In this document: positions 9,883-21,081 of the stretch, piece after piece | Layout: every line of letters starts with the position of its first letter | Position numbering within the stretch: the first letter of the stretch is position 1 | DNA from: Candidatus Pelagibacter ubique HTCC1062 | GTDB taxonomy: Bacteria; Pseudomonadota; Alphaproteobacteria; Pelagibacterales; Pelagibacteraceae | Assembly (NCBI RefSeq): GCF_000012345.1 | Contig: NC_007205.1 | Span: forward strand, 420,001-452,000 | Direction of reading: 5' to 3' | DNA length: 32,000 nt | Translations under genes and position numbers: made by a program | The notes under the pieces: model-generated | What the model saw: only the letters and a program-made list of their open reading frames with translations | Database searches by the model: none | What the model was told of the DNA's origin: nothing

Positions 9883-10608
9883 CTCTAAGAGTATTTTTTT
9901 TAAACCTCGTTTACTTGATAAGCTGTGATCACCATTTTTTATTATCACTAATTTTTTATTAGCTTTAGTAAATAACTTAAGAACTTTTCTAGAATAACTT
10001 GTTGGAACAACTTCATCTTTACTTCCATGAATCATGGTTACATTGATTTTGGATTTAATGTTTTTATTCAAGATTTTATTTTTTCTACCATCTTTTATTA
10101 ACTGATAAGTGATTGGATACTCATAATTACCATGTTTTAAGTTATAAATTCCTTTCTTTATAGTTTCATTTTTCATTTTTTTTGTAAATTTTTTCCACAT
10201 TAGGTTTTGTAAAAACTCTGGAGCCGAACCAATTCCTAAAAAACCTTTAATTTGATCTTTAAAATATTTAAATTGATTTAAGGAGAGCCACGCTCCCATA
10301 CTTGAACCAACTAAGATAAATTTATTTTTTTTAACTATTTTTTTTATTACTATTTCAACTTCTTTTGACCATTGTGTGATATTTCCCTTGGTAAATTTTC
10401 CCGAAGATTTTCCATGACCAGAATATTCAAGAGCAAGAAAACCAAGCTTATTTTTTTTTGCAAATTTTTGTATTGCTTGAGGTTTTTCACCTTCAATGTT
10501 TGACATAAAACCATGTAAAAAAACAATATAAAGATTATCTCTATATTCCTTACTTAAGTATCTTATTTGCTTGTTATTAAGGATCTTAATGTATTTAAAT
10601 TTATTCAT
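9853..10608 (-). CDS. Alpha/beta-fold hydrolase (esterase/lipase-like)
   Basis: HGFMS oxyanion region, nucleophile elbow GSSMGAW (GxSxG), and C-terminal GDHSL catalytic His context. 251 aa. Confidence 0.75.
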   Translation of the reverse strand: MNKFKYIKILNNKQIRYLSKEYRDNLYIVFLHGFMSNIEGEKPQAIQKFAKKNKLGFLALEYSGHGKSSGKFTKGNITQWSKEVEIVIKKIVKKNKFILVGSSMGAWLSLNQFKYFKDQIKGFLGIGSAPEFLQNLMWKKFTKKMKNETIKKGIYNLKHGNYEYPITYQLIKDGRKNKILNKNIKSKINVTMIHGSKDEVVPTSYSRKVLKLFTKANKKLVIIKNGDHSLSSKRGLKKILLELNKITANMV

Positions 10609-10650
10609 ATAAGTTTATTAGAATTAATTCTTAATATATAGTTCTATCAA

Positions 10651-11805
10651 ATGTCTTCAGAATTAAAAGTACTGCAAGTAATTCCTAAACTTGGATATGG
10701 GGGTGCAGAAACAGGCTGTTACGATCTTGCACACTATTTACCAGAAAATAATTGTGGTTCTTATATAGTAACTAGTGGAGGAGAGTTATTAAAATTTATT
10801 GATAAAAAAAAAGTAAAAGTAATAAAACTTCCCGTCCATAGTAAAAATCCATTTTTAATGCTCTTTAATTCAATAGCTTTGATTTTTATTATTTTACTAA
10901 ATAATATATCTATTGTTCATGCAAGAAGTCGTGCTCCAGCTTGGTCTTGTTTGTTTGCAACAAAAATTACAAGAAGAAAGTTTGTTACAACTTTTCATGG
11001 TACTTATAATTTTAAAAACTCAATTAAAAAATTCTATAATTCAGTAATGGTTAGATCAGATTTAATAATAGCAGGATCAAATTTTATTTTTTCACATATT
11101 AATCAAAATTATCCAAAATTTTTAGATTTAAAAAAAAAATTCTTAGTAATTTTTAGGGGAATTAATGTCGATTATTTTGAATTATCAACAATTTTAGACA
11201 GTGAAGAAAACAGACTTATTTCAGATTGGGAAGTTGATAGAAATAAAAAAACGATCCTAATGCCAGGTCGGTTAACTGCTTGGAAAGGTCAGGAGACATT
11301 TATTGAGGCATTAAATCTTGTTAATAAAGAACTGGGCTATGAGTCTTTTAATGCAGTTATTTTGGGTAGCGATCAAGAAAGAGACATTTATACCAAAAAA
11401 ATTAAAAGATTGGCTGAGCAATATAGGCTAACTAGTCAGTTAAAATTTATAGAACATTGTAAAAATATGCCGTTAGCCTACAAAATATCAGACATTGTTG
11501 TTTCAGCCTCAGTAGAACCTGAAGCTTTTGGAAGGGTAGCAGTTGAAGCCCAATCAATGGAAAAACCAATAATTGCAAGTGATATTGGGGGATCTAATGA
11601 AACTATTATCGATAACGTGACAGGTTTTTTATTTCAGTCTGGCAATGCAGAAGCTTTGAGTAAAAAAATAATAGAAGTCTTACAATTAGACGAATCTAGA
11701 TTGAAATCTATTGGTATAGAAGGTAGAAAAAATATAATTAAAAAATTTAATGTTGAAAAAATGTGTTTTTCTACATATTCAGAATACAAAAAATTATTGA
11801 ATTAA
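10651..11805 (+). CDS. Glycosyltransferase, family 4 (GT-B, group 1)
   Basis: N-terminal GGAETG motif. C-terminal EPEAFGRVAVEAQSMEKPIIASDIGGSNETI (E-x7-E retaining GT4 signature). Confidence 0.85.
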   Translation: MSSELKVLQVIPKLGYGGAETGCYDLAHYLPENNCGSYIVTSGGELLKFIDKKKVKVIKLPVHSKNPFLMLFNSIALIFIILLNNISIVHARSRAPAWSCLFATKITRRKFVTTFHGTYNFKNSIKKFYNSVMVRSDLIIAGSNFIFSHINQNYPKFLDLKKKFLVIFRGINVDYFELSTILDSEENRLISDWEVDRNKKTILMPGRLTAWKGQETFIEALNLVNKELGYESFNAVILGSDQERDIYTKKIKRLAEQYRLTSQLKFIEHCKNMPLAYKISDIVVSASVEPEAFGRVAVEAQSMEKPIIASDIGGSNETIIDNVTGFLFQSGNAEALSKKIIEVLQLDESRLKSIGIEGRKNIIKKFNVEKMCFSTYSEYKKLLN

Positions 11806-13722
11806 ATGCCATTAATAACATTGCCAGATGGAAACACTATTGAATTTCCAAATAAAGTAACAGGACTTGAGGTTGCTGAAAAGATTAGTAAATCTTTATC
11901 AAAGCAGGCAACTATTATTAGTGTTAATGAAGAGCTTAAGGATTTAAGTTTTGTTTTAGATAAAGATTGCTCAGTCAAAATTTTTACTTCAAAAGATAAA
12001 GAAGGATTAGAAACTATCCGTCATGATACGGCCCATATAACTGCAATGGCTGTTCAAGAACTCTTTCCTGGAACACAAGTTACAATTGGTCCAATTATAG
12101 AAAATGGATTTTATTATGATTTTTCAAGAAAAGAACCCTTTACAGAAGATGATTTGAATAAAATTGAAAATAAAATGAAAGAAATTGTTGATAGAGATGT
12201 TCCAACTACAAGAGAAGTTTGGAAAAGAGATAAAGCCATATCTCATTTCAAAGATAAAGGGGAAATATACAAGGCCGAAATTATTGAAAGTATTCCGCAG
12301 GGTGAAGATGTTTCTATATATTTTCATGGAGACTGGCATGATTTATGTAGAGGCCCTCATCTGTCTTCAACGGGAAAAATTGGTAAGTACTTTAAATTAA
12401 CAAAGGTATCAGGGGCTTATTGGAGAGGTGACTCAAATAATGAAATGTTGCAAAGAATTTATGGAACAAGTTGGGCATCACAAAAAGATTTAGATGAATA
12501 TTTAAAAAGAATAGAAGAAGCAGAAAAAAGAGACCACAGAAAACTTGGAAAAGAAATGGATTTATTTCACTTTAGGGAAGAAAGTCCAGGATCAGTATTT
12601 TGGCATGAAAAAGGTTGGAAGTTATTTCAAAAATTAGTTGCATATATGAGAGCTAGACAAGAAAAAGCTGGCTACAAAGAAGTGAATACTCCTGAAATTT
12701 TAGATAGATCTCTTTGGGAAAAATCTGGCCACTGGGAAAAATATGGAGAGCATATGTATACTTCTCAAACACCAGATGAAAAAATATTTGCAATAAAACC
12801 AATGAATTGCCCAGGTCACGTACAAGTTTTTAATCAAGGATTAAAAAGTTACCGAGATCTTCCTTTAAGAATTTCAGAATTTGGAAAAGTACACAGATAT
12901 GAGCCTTCAGGTGCTTTACATGGACTTTTAAGAGTTAGAGCTTTTACTCAAGACGATGCTCATATTTTTTGCACAGAAGATCAAATTACATCAGAATGTT
13001 TGATTGTTACTAATTTAATTTTAGATATTTATAAAGATCTTGGATTTGAAGATGTAATATTAAAATATTCAGATAGACCAGACTTAAGAGTTGGTGATGA
13101 TAATGTATGGGACAAAGCTGAAAAAGCTTTATTAGATGCAGTTAAAGCTTCAAAGCTTCAATACACAATTAATAAAGGAGAGGGAGCATTCTATGGTCCA
13201 AAAATTGAATTTGTTTTACGAGATGCTATTGGTAGGGATTGGCAATGTGGAACTTTACAAGTAGACCTTAATTTACCAGGAAGATTAGATGCTTCTTTTG
13301 TTGATAAAGATGGAACTAAAAAAATTCCTGTAATGCTTCATAGGGCGTTATTTGGATCATTAGAAAGATTTATTGGAATTCTTATAGAAAATTATGCAGG
13401 CAAATTTCCATTTTGGATAGCTCCTTTACAAGTTGTTGTAATTCCAATTTCAGAGGAATTTGACTCTTATGCAAAAGAAGTAAATGAAAAAATTAATAAT
13501 GCAGGCATAAGCTCTGAGGTAGATTTAAAAAACCATAACTTAAATTATAAAATTAGAGAACATTCACTATCAAAAATACCACTTTTATTGATTTGTGGAA
13601 AAAAAGAAGTTGACAGTAACTCAGTAACGATTAGAAGATTGGATACGAACAAACAAGAAAATATGGAATTAAACTTATTCTTAGAAACTTTCTCAGCTTT
13701 AAACAAAGCATCCTCAAACTAA
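11806..13722 (+). CDS. thrS: Threonine--tRNA ligase
   Basis: MPLITLPDG TGS-domain start. Class II motifs (HRKLGKEMDLFHF; FGKVHRYEPSGALHGLLRVRAFTQDDAHIFC). C-terminal anticodon-binding domain. The ATG directly abuts the upstream stop. Confidence 0.97.
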   Translation: MPLITLPDGNTIEFPNKVTGLEVAEKISKSLSKQATIISVNEELKDLSFVLDKDCSVKIFTSKDKEGLETIRHDTAHITAMAVQELFPGTQVTIGPIIENGFYYDFSRKEPFTEDDLNKIENKMKEIVDRDVPTTREVWKRDKAISHFKDKGEIYKAEIIESIPQGEDVSIYFHGDWHDLCRGPHLSSTGKIGKYFKLTKVSGAYWRGDSNNEMLQRIYGTSWASQKDLDEYLKRIEEAEKRDHRKLGKEMDLFHFREESPGSVFWHEKGWKLFQKLVAYMRARQEKAGYKEVNTPEILDRSLWEKSGHWEKYGEHMYTSQTPDEKIFAIKPMNCPGHVQVFNQGLKSYRDLPLRISEFGKVHRYEPSGALHGLLRVRAFTQDDAHIFCTEDQITSECLIVTNLILDIYKDLGFEDVILKYSDRPDLRVGDDNVWDKAEKALLDAVKASKLQYTINKGEGAFYGPKIEFVLRDAIGRDWQCGTLQVDLNLPGRLDASFVDKDGTKKIPVMLHRALFGSLERFIGILIENYAGKFPFWIAPLQVVVIPISEEFDSYAKEVNEKINNAGISSEVDLKNHNLNYKIREHSLSKIPLLLICGKKEVDSNSVTIRRLDTNKQENMELNLFLETFSALNKASSN

Positions 13723-14268
13723 GTGGCAGATTTTAAACAAAATTATTTTCAAAGAAGAACTAAAGATAAAGGTCCAAGATCTAACAATAGAATTTCTTCA
13801 CCTGAGGTTCAAGTAATTGGAAGCGATGGTGAAAATATAGGAATCATAAATACAAATGAAGCCATATCAATGGCTAAAGAGCAAGGATTGGATTTAATTG
13901 AAATAGCTCCAAACGCAAAACCACCTGTATGTAAAATTATTGATATGGGTAAATTTAAATATGATGCTCAAAAAAAAGCAAATGTTGCTAAAAAGAAACA
14001 AAAAATAGTTTTATTAAAAGAAATTAAAATGAGACCAGTTACAGAAACTCATGATTATGATTTTAAAGTTAAAAATGCTAAAAAATTTATTGGAAAAGGT
14101 GACAAGGTAAAATTTACAATACGATTTAAGGGTAGAGAGCTACAACACTCACACCTAGGTAGAGAATTAATGGATAAAATAAAAGCTGATATGCAAGATA
14201 TTGGCAAAGTTGAATTGCACCCAAAGTTTGATGGTAAGCAAATGATCATGGTTATTCAGCCTTTATAA
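13723..14268 (+). CDS. infC: Translation initiation factor IF-3 (GTG start)
   Basis: N-domain RISSPEVQVIGSDGENIGI, lysine-rich linker, and C-domain KEIKMRPVTETHDYDFK. The first in-frame ATG is at codon 50, inside the N-domain, so a non-AUG start is required. Confidence 0.9.
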   Translation: MADFKQNYFQRRTKDKGPRSNNRISSPEVQVIGSDGENIGIINTNEAISMAKEQGLDLIEIAPNAKPPVCKIIDMGKFKYDAQKKANVAKKKQKIVLLKEIKMRPVTETHDYDFKVKNAKKFIGKGDKVKFTIRFKGRELQHSHLGRELMDKIKADMQDIGKVELHPKFDGKQMIMVIQPL

Positions 14269-14321
14269 GGCTTAATAGAGGTTGTAAATCCATTCCAATA
14301 TTTGTATAAGTCCGCAGAATT

Positions 14322-14528
14322 ATGCCAAAATTAAAAACTAAAAGTTCAGCAAAAAAAAGATTTAAAATCTCAGCTACAGGGAAAGTTATGATGGCTCAAG
14401 CTGGAAAGAGACATGGTATGATAAAAAGAACAAATTCACAAATTAGAAAATTAAGAGGCACGACTGCTATGTCAAAACAAGATGGCAAAATAGTTAAATC
14501 ATACATGCCTTACAGTTTAAGAGGATAA
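14322..14528 (+). CDS. rpmI: 50S ribosomal protein L35
   Basis: [15 protein letters not shown]... is a typical L35 N-terminus. 68 aa, very basic. Confidence 0.95.
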   Translation: MPKLKTKSSAKKRFKISATGKVMMAQAGKRHGMIKRTNSQIRKLRGTTAMSKQDGKIVKSYMPYSLRG

Positions 14529-14529
14529 A

Positions 14530-14886
14530 ATGGCTAGAGTAAAAAGAGGCGTAACAAGTCACGCAAAACATAAAAAAGTTTTAAAAGCTGTCAAAGGTCA
14601 ATGGGGCAGAAGAAAAAGCACTATAAGAGTTGCAAAGCAAGCTATGGAAAAAGCTATGCAATATGCATACAGAGATCGTAGAACTAAAAAAAGAGAATTT
14701 AAATCTTTATGGATACAAAGAATTAATGCAGGTGTTAGATCTGAAGGAATAACTTATTCAAAATTTATTAATGGTTTAACTAAATGTGGAATTAAGTTAG
14801 ATAGAAAAATACTAGCTGAAATAGCATACGATAGCCCAGAAGCCTTTAAAACGATCGTTCAAAAAGCTCAATCGGCACTAAATTAA
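14530..14886 (+). CDS. rplT: 50S ribosomal protein L20
   Basis: [19 protein letters not shown]...YAYRDRR is a canonical L20 sequence. Starts 1 nt after rpmI. Confidence 0.97.
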   Translation: MARVKRGVTSHAKHKKVLKAVKGQWGRRKSTIRVAKQAMEKAMQYAYRDRRTKKREFKSLWIQRINAGVRSEGITYSKFINGLTKCGIKLDRKILAEIAYDSPEAFKTIVQKAQSALN

Positions 14887-14916
14887 TCTTCACTATTGTT
14901 TTTCTTCGGTGAAGAA
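14887..14916 (+). promoter_or_regulatory. Two mutually exclusive small hairpins in the rplT-pheS spacer
   Basis: TCTTCAC (14887-14893) and TTCTTC (14902-14907) can each pair with the same 3' segment GTGAAGAA (14909-14916). No U-tract follows. Confidence 0.2.
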
Positions 14917-14929
14917 ATAATCTCTCAAT

Positions 14930-15997
14930 ATGTCTGATATTAAAAAAATAAAAGATGAATTTCTTTTAAAGTTAAAAGAAAATTTAGATTTAAATCAAGT
15001 TAATCAAATTAAAACAGAACTATTTGGTAAAACTGGGTTAATCAGCTCGCAATTTAAACAGCTTGGAAAATTAGCAGAAGAAGAAAGAAAAAAATTTGCA
15101 TCAGATTTAAACTTAGTCAAAAGTGAACTTGAAAATTTAATTACTATAAAAATTGATGATATTGAAAAAAAAGAGATTAACAAAAAATTAGAAAAAGAAA
15201 AAATAGATATAACTTTACCAGAGAGACCTTTTGTTCAGGGAAAAATTCATCCTGTATCTCAAGTTATAGATGAAATTTCTTCAATTTTTTCAGAAATTGG
15301 TTTTAGTGTAGAAGAGGGACCAGATGTTGAAAATGAATATAATAATTTTACTGCGTTAAATACACCTGATAACCATCCTGCTAGAGATATGCATGATACT
15401 TTTTATCTAGATGATACAAAAGAGCTACTTTTAAGAACACATACTTCACCAGTTCAAATTAGAACAATGCTTAATGATAAACCACCTTTTAAAATAATAG
15501 CGCCAGGGCGAACATATAGATCTGACAGCGATCAAACTCATACTCCAATGTTTCATCAAGTTGAAGGGCTACATATTGATAAAAATATAAATATGGGGCA
15601 TTTAAAAGGATGCTTAAATTATTTTATTAAAGAGTTTTTTGAGGTTGATAAAATTAAAATGAGATTTAGACCTAGTCATTTCCCATTTACAGAGCCATCT
15701 GCAGAAGTTGATATTGGTTATGAAATAAAAGATGGAAAAATAGTAATTGGGGAAGGTGATAAATGGCTAGAAGTTTTAGGTTGTGGAATGGTTCATCCCA
15801 ATGTTTTAAAAAATGTGAAAGTAAACCCTGATGAATTCCAAGGTTATGCATTTGGAATAGGAATAGATAGGCTCGCAATGTTGAAATATGGCATTAATGA
15901 TTTAAGAGCCTTTTTTGATTGTGACTATAGATGGCTAAATCATTTTGGATTTGATCCAATAGATGTCCCAACAAACTATAGGGGCTTAAGCCGATGA
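14930..15997 (+). CDS. pheS: Phenylalanine--tRNA ligase alpha subunit
   Basis: Class II motifs ([11 protein letters not shown]; [16 protein letters not shown]; [15 protein letters not shown]). ATGA overlap with pheT. Confidence 0.97.
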
Positions 15998-18402
15998 AGA
16001 TTACAACAGCATGGCTCAAAGATCATTTAGATACCAAACTTAATGAAAATCAAATCATCGATAAACTTACAGATATTGGTTTAGAAGTAGAGGGTGTTGA
16101 TAGTCAGTCAGGAGAGCTTGATCAATTTGTAATTGCCAAAATTTTGAAGGCTGAAAAGCATCCTGATGCAGATAGGCTTAGAGTATGTGATGTTGATATA
16201 GGTTCGGGCAAATCAGTAAAAGTTGTTTGTGGAGCTCCAAATGCTAAAGAGGGTTTATTAACAATTTATGCTCCTCCTGGCGCTGTAGTGCCAAAAAGTC
16301 AAATGAAATTGGTGGTAAGCAAAATAAGAGGTGTAACCTCATATGGAATGCTTTGTTCAGAATCTGAACTTAACCTATCAAACGAAAGTGATGGCATAAC
16401 AGAGCTTTTACCAGAAAAATATAACAAAAAAGTAGGAGAAAATTATTTTCCAAAAAAAAATTTAAATGTAATTGATATTTCTATTACACCAAATAGAGCA
16501 GATTGCTTAGGGGTTAGAGGAATAGCAAGAGATTTAGCTGCTGCAGGCGCAGGAAGATTAATAAATCAAAAAGAAAAAAAACTCGATAAAAAAAATAAAC
16601 AAACAATTAGTGTAAAAATTGAAAATGAAAAAAATCAAGCATGTATATCCTTTGGTAGTTGTTTAATTAAAGGAGTAAAAAATACTGAAAGTCCAGAGTG
16701 GCTAAAAGACAAAATAATTGCTCTAGGCCAAAAACCTATTTCGGCAATAGTTGATATTACAAATTATATAATGTTTGATTTGAATAGACCACTTCATGCA
16801 TATGATGTTGATAAAATAGATAAAGCAATAGTTGTAAGAAATTCTAAAAAAGGTGAAACATTCGAAGCATTAGATAATAAGGAGTATAAATTAGAGGATG
16901 AGATGTGTGTCATATCAGATGCGTCAGGCGTATTAGGTCTTGGAGGAATAATAGGAGGCACAAGAACTGGAACTGAACTAGATACAAAGAATGTGTTAAT
17001 TGAGTCTGCTTACTTTAGTCCACGATCAATCAGAAAATCATCTAAAATCTTGAATATAGATACGGATGCAAAATTTAGATTTGAAAGAGGTATTGATCCA
17101 TTATCAATTGACCAAGGACTTGAAAGAGCAGCTAATTTAATACAAGAAATATGTGGCGGTGAAGTTAGTGAATTTGATATTCAAAAAATTGAAGATGTTA
17201 AAAAAAAATCATTAAAATTTGATCCTTCTTTGTTTGAAAAAATTACTGGATTTAATATTGATATAAAAGAAATGATAAAAATCTTAGATAACCTAGGATT
17301 TGAAATTAAAGAAAACAAGGGAATACTAGATGCCGTTATACCATCTTGGAGACCAGATATTTCACAGGAAGTTGATGTGGTAGAAGAACTTGTAAGAATC
17401 AAGGGCTATGATCAAATTAAAATTATTGAACCAGAAAAAGTTAGAAAAAAACAAACATTAAATTTAAAACAAAAATTATTTCATTTTTTACAAAGATCTA
17501 TTGCTTCTAAGGGGTATTTTGAAGCTATCACATGGTCTTTTACCGACAGTAAAATTAATCAACTATTCATTGAAAATAATAAAGAAATTAAAATAATTAA
17601 TCCTATAAGTTCTGATTTGAACGTTTTGCGAAGTTCAATTTTTTCTAATTTGATAATTCATTTGAATAAGAATTTAGGAAGAGGATTTAAAGATTTGTCA
17701 TTTTTTGAAATAGGTCCAACTTTTTTAGGATCTGAGCCAGGTGAGCAACAGACAGTCGCTACTGGATTAAGATCAGGAAAATTGGCTAGGCAGAGCTGGC
17801 TGGAAAAAGAAAGATTAATAGATGTGTTTGATGTTAAAAGTGATGTTATCAAAAGTTTAGTAGAAGCAGGTTATAATAAAGATAAGCTCTATATTGATGA
17901 TGAAGCACCAAGTTATTATCACCCTGGAAAATCAGGAAGAATATTTCTTAATAAAGGAAAAGAAAAAGTAGTTGCTTTTTTTGGTGATATTCACCCAGGT
18001 ATATTAAAAAAATTAGATATTAAAGTTGAATCATTAGTGGGTTTTGAAATATTTTTAGACAATTTAAAACAGCCAAAAAAATCATTAAAAGATCAAAAAA
18101 CTCAGTATAAATATTCAGATTTTCAAAAATCAGAAAGAGATTTTGCTTTTGTTTTAGATAAAAATTTTAAAGTTCAAGAATTAATTGAAACCATCTCTAA
18201 TGTAGACAAAGAGTTAATAAAATCTGTCAAAGTATTTGATGTTTATGAAGGAGCAAATATTCCTGAAGGTAAAAAATCAATTGCATTAAATGTAATTATT
18301 CAACCTTTAGAAAAAACTTTGACTGAGGATGATTTAAACAAAATTAATCAACTTATTATTTCTGCTGTTGAATCCAAAACTGGTGCTAAGATTAGATCAT
18401 AA
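15994..18402 (+). CDS. pheT: Phenylalanine--tRNA ligase beta subunit
   Basis: 802 aa. N-terminal tRNA-binding OB domain ([22 protein letters not shown]), B3/4 and B5 regions, and a C-terminal FDX-ACB-like domain. Confidence 0.96.
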
Positions 18403-18404
18403 TC

Positions 18405-20213
18405 ATGACAAAAATTGATCACATCAGAAACTTTGCAATCATTGCGCATATTGATCATGGTAAATCAACAATTGCAGATAGGATAATTCATAGTTGTGGT
18501 GGTCTAACCGAAAGAGAAATGAAGGCACAAGTTCTAGACTCAATGGATATTGAGAGAGAAAGAGGCATAACTATTAAAGCTCAAACAGTTAAACTTAATT
18601 ATAAAGCAAAAGATGGTAAAGACTATATTCTAAACATAATTGATACTCCAGGACACGTAGATTTTAGCTATGAAGTTAGTAGATCTCTGTATGCATGTGA
18701 GGGATCTATTTTAATTGTTGATAGTACCCAAGGAGTAGAGGCTCAAACATTGGCTAATGTTTATCAAGCTTTAGACACCAAGCATGAGATAGTACCTGTA
18801 CTAAATAAAGTTGATTTACCAGCATCAGACTTAGAAAAAACAAAGAAACAAATAGAAGAGGTCATAGGTATTGATACTGAAAATGCTATACCTTGCTCTG
18901 GAAAAACAGGTGAGGGTATAGAAGATATTCTAGAACAAATTATTGTGTCACTACCAGCTCCAGAAGGAGAAAAAGATGCTGATTTAAAATGCTTATTAGT
19001 TGACAGTTGGTATGACACTTACTTAGGGGTGGTTATTCTAGTTAGAGTTATTAATGGAAAAATTTCAAAAAATATGAAAATTAAAATGATGTCTACTGAC
19101 CAAGAATATATAATTGAAAAAGTAGGTGTGTTTACTCCAAAAGCAACTGATGTTAATGAATTAAACGCAGGAGAAATTGGTTTTATAACAACAGGAATAA
19201 AAATTTTATCAGAAACAAAAGTGGGAGATACTATTTGTGATGCAACTAAACCACCTCAAGAAGCACTTCCTGGATTTAAACCTAGTAAGCCAGTTGTATT
19301 TTGTGGTTTGTTTCCTGTAGATAGCTCTGAATACCAAAAATTAAAAGATGGATTAGGCAAACTTCAATTAAATGATGCTAGTTTTTCATATGAGGCAGAA
19401 TCTTCCTCTGCGTTAGGTCTTGGCTTTAGATGTGGTTTTTTAGGTCTCTTGCATTTAGAAATTATAACTGAAAGATTAGAAAGAGAATTTGATATAAATT
19501 TATTAACCACAACACCAGGGGTTGTTTATAAAGTTCATATGAACAAAGGAGACATAATAGAGTTACAAAACCCTTCAAGTTTACCAGAACCTACTTTAAT
19601 TAAATTTATTGAAGAGCCTTGGATTAAAGCAACAATTATTACACCAGATCAATATTTAGGAGCAATTATAAAAGTTTGTCAGGATAAAAGAGGAGTACAA
19701 ACAAACTTGAGTTATTCGGGTAATAGAGCTGTTTTAAATTATGAAATCCCTCTAAATGAAGTTGTTTTTGATTTTAATGATAGGCTTAAATCAATGACTA
19801 GTGGCTATGCAAGTTTTGATTATGAGATCATAGGTCATAGAGAAGGAGATTTAGTAAAATTAGGAATACTTGTTAATGCTGAGCCAGTTGACGCTTTATC
19901 AATGATGGTTCATAAAGATTTTGCACAAACTGTTGGAAGAGAGGTATGTGAAAAATTAAAAGATTTAATCCCACGTCATAATTTTATGATTCCAGTGCAG
20001 GCAGCAATTGGAGGAAAAATTATAGCAAGAGAAACTATTAAGGGTTTTAAAAAAGATGTTTTAACAAAAATTCATGGTGGTGGAGCTAGAGATAGAAAAA
20101 GAAAACTACTAGATAAACAGAAAAAAGGAAAAGCCAGAGGTAAACAGTTTGGAAAAGTTGAAATACCACAAGAAGCATTTATAGGAGTGCTTAAAATTAA
20201 TAAAGACCAGTAA
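18405..20213 (+). CDS. lepA: Elongation factor 4 (LepA)
   Basis: G motifs [17 protein letters not shown] and NKVDL. Characteristic LepA C-terminal domain (...[34 protein letters not shown]). Confidence 0.97.
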   Translation: MTKIDHIRNFAIIAHIDHGKSTIADRIIHSCGGLTEREMKAQVLDSMDIERERGITIKAQTVKLNYKAKDGKDYILNIIDTPGHVDFSYEVSRSLYACEGSILIVDSTQGVEAQTLANVYQALDTKHEIVPVLNKVDLPASDLEKTKKQIEEVIGIDTENAIPCSGKTGEGIEDILEQIIVSLPAPEGEKDADLKCLLVDSWYDTYLGVVILVRVINGKISKNMKIKMMSTDQEYIIEKVGVFTPKATDVNELNAGEIGFITTGIKILSETKVGDTICDATKPPQEALPGFKPSKPVVFCGLFPVDSSEYQKLKDGLGKLQLNDASFSYEAESSSALGLGFRCGFLGLLHLEIITERLEREFDINLLTTTPGVVYKVHMNKGDIIELQNPSSLPEPTLIKFIEEPWIKATIITPDQYLGAIIKVCQDKRGVQTNLSYSGNRAVLNYEIPLNEVVFDFNDRLKSMTSGYASFDYEIIGHREGDLVKLGILVNAEPVDALSMMVHKDFAQTVGREVCEKLKDLIPRHNFMIPVQAAIGGKIIARETIKGFKKDVLTKIHGGGARDRKRKLLDKQKKGKARGKQFGKVEIPQEAFIGVLKINKDQ

Positions 20214-20215
20214 CT

Positions 20216-20305
20216 GGAGAGATGGCTGAGCGGTTTAAAGCGCACGCTTGGAAAGTGTGTGTACTGTTAAAGGTACCCAGGGTTCGAATCCCTGTCTCTC
20301 CGCCA
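20216..20305 (+). tRNA. tRNA-Ser (anticodon GGA), class II with long variable arm, CCA encoded
   Basis: Hand-folded. Acceptor GGAGAGA/TCTCTCC. Anticodon stem CACGC/GTGTG with loop TTGGAAA (anticodon GGA). Long variable arm with GTAC/GTAC stem. T-arm CAGGG-TTCGAAT-CCCTG. Discriminator G plus CCA. Confidence 0.9.
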
Positions 20306-20310
20306 TTAAT

Positions 20311-21081
20311 TTATTTATTTATAAAATAATAATCTGCATTTATTTTATTAATTTTTTTAAAGCCAAAATTATTTAACCATCTATTAGTCTTAATAAAATT
20401 ATTGGGAAGTATTTCAATTTGTAAAAATATTTTATTATTTTTAAAAATTTTTTTTAGTCCATTTAAAACAAAAACCTCGTGTCCTTCAACGTCAATTTTT
20501 AAGCAAATAGTTTTTTTTTTATACTTGAATTTGTCATCAGCCTTTTTAAACACTGCAAACTCAGTATGTAGGTTTTTGAGGTTATCTTTATTATTTATAA
20601 CACCATACCCACCAGATTGAATAAATTCTTTTTTAAATAATGCCTTCATCTTAAGTTTTGAATTTTTGTCAGATAAACCATAATTATATTTTCTTATATT
20701 TTTAAGGTTGGGGTTTAAAGAAATATTTTTTTTTAGTTTTTTAAAAGTAAATTTAACTGGTTCAAAGCTTAATGTAGAAGTTTTTGGAAATAATTTTGAT
20801 ATTATTAATGAATAAATTCCACAATTAGCCCCAACATCAAAAAAATAATTAATTTTATTTTCCTTAAATATCTTACATAAATATTTTATTTGTTTGTCCT
20901 CATAAAAATTAAATAAAAGAATAGACTTGTCGATTGGGTCTCGTATATCTAAATTAAGATAAACATTTTTGAATTTACTTAGAAAAATATTTTTATTCAA
21001 AAGATAAGAAAATTTAAGAAATAAAGATGGATAGATTCGTTTTAAAATTGGTATTGATCTTAATATACTTCTTAATTTCAT
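20311..21081 (-). CDS. FkbM-family SAM-dependent methyltransferase
   Basis: SAM-binding motif FFDVGANCGIYSL and FkbM-type KIDVEGHEVFVLNG. 256 aa. Noticeably more AT-rich than its neighbours. Confidence 0.75.
   Translation of the reverse strand: MKLRSILRSIPILKRIYPSLFLKFSYLLNKNIFLSKFKNVYLNLDIRDPIDKSILLFNFYEDKQIKYLCKIFKENKINYFFDVGANCGIYSLIISKLFPKTSTLSFEPVKFTFKKLKKNISLNPNLKNIRKYNYGLSDKNSKLKMKALFKKEFIQSGGYGVINNKDNLKNLHTEFAVFKKADDKFKYKKKTICLKIDVEGHEVFVLNGLKKIFKNNKIFLQIEILPNNFIKTNRWLNNFGFKKINKINADYYFINK

Noticed and set aside
10620-10631. Perfect 12-bp palindrome AGAATTAATTCT in the divergent hydrolase/GT4 spacer as an operator
   Set aside because: In DNA this AT-rich, 12-bp A/T palindromes are expected many times by chance in 32 kb. 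There is no second copy or flanking half-site.
14269-14321. L20-binding pseudoknot/operator upstream of rpmI, as in the E. coli infC-rpmI-rplT operon
   Set aside because: I could not find convincing complementary segments in the 53-nt spacer by eye.
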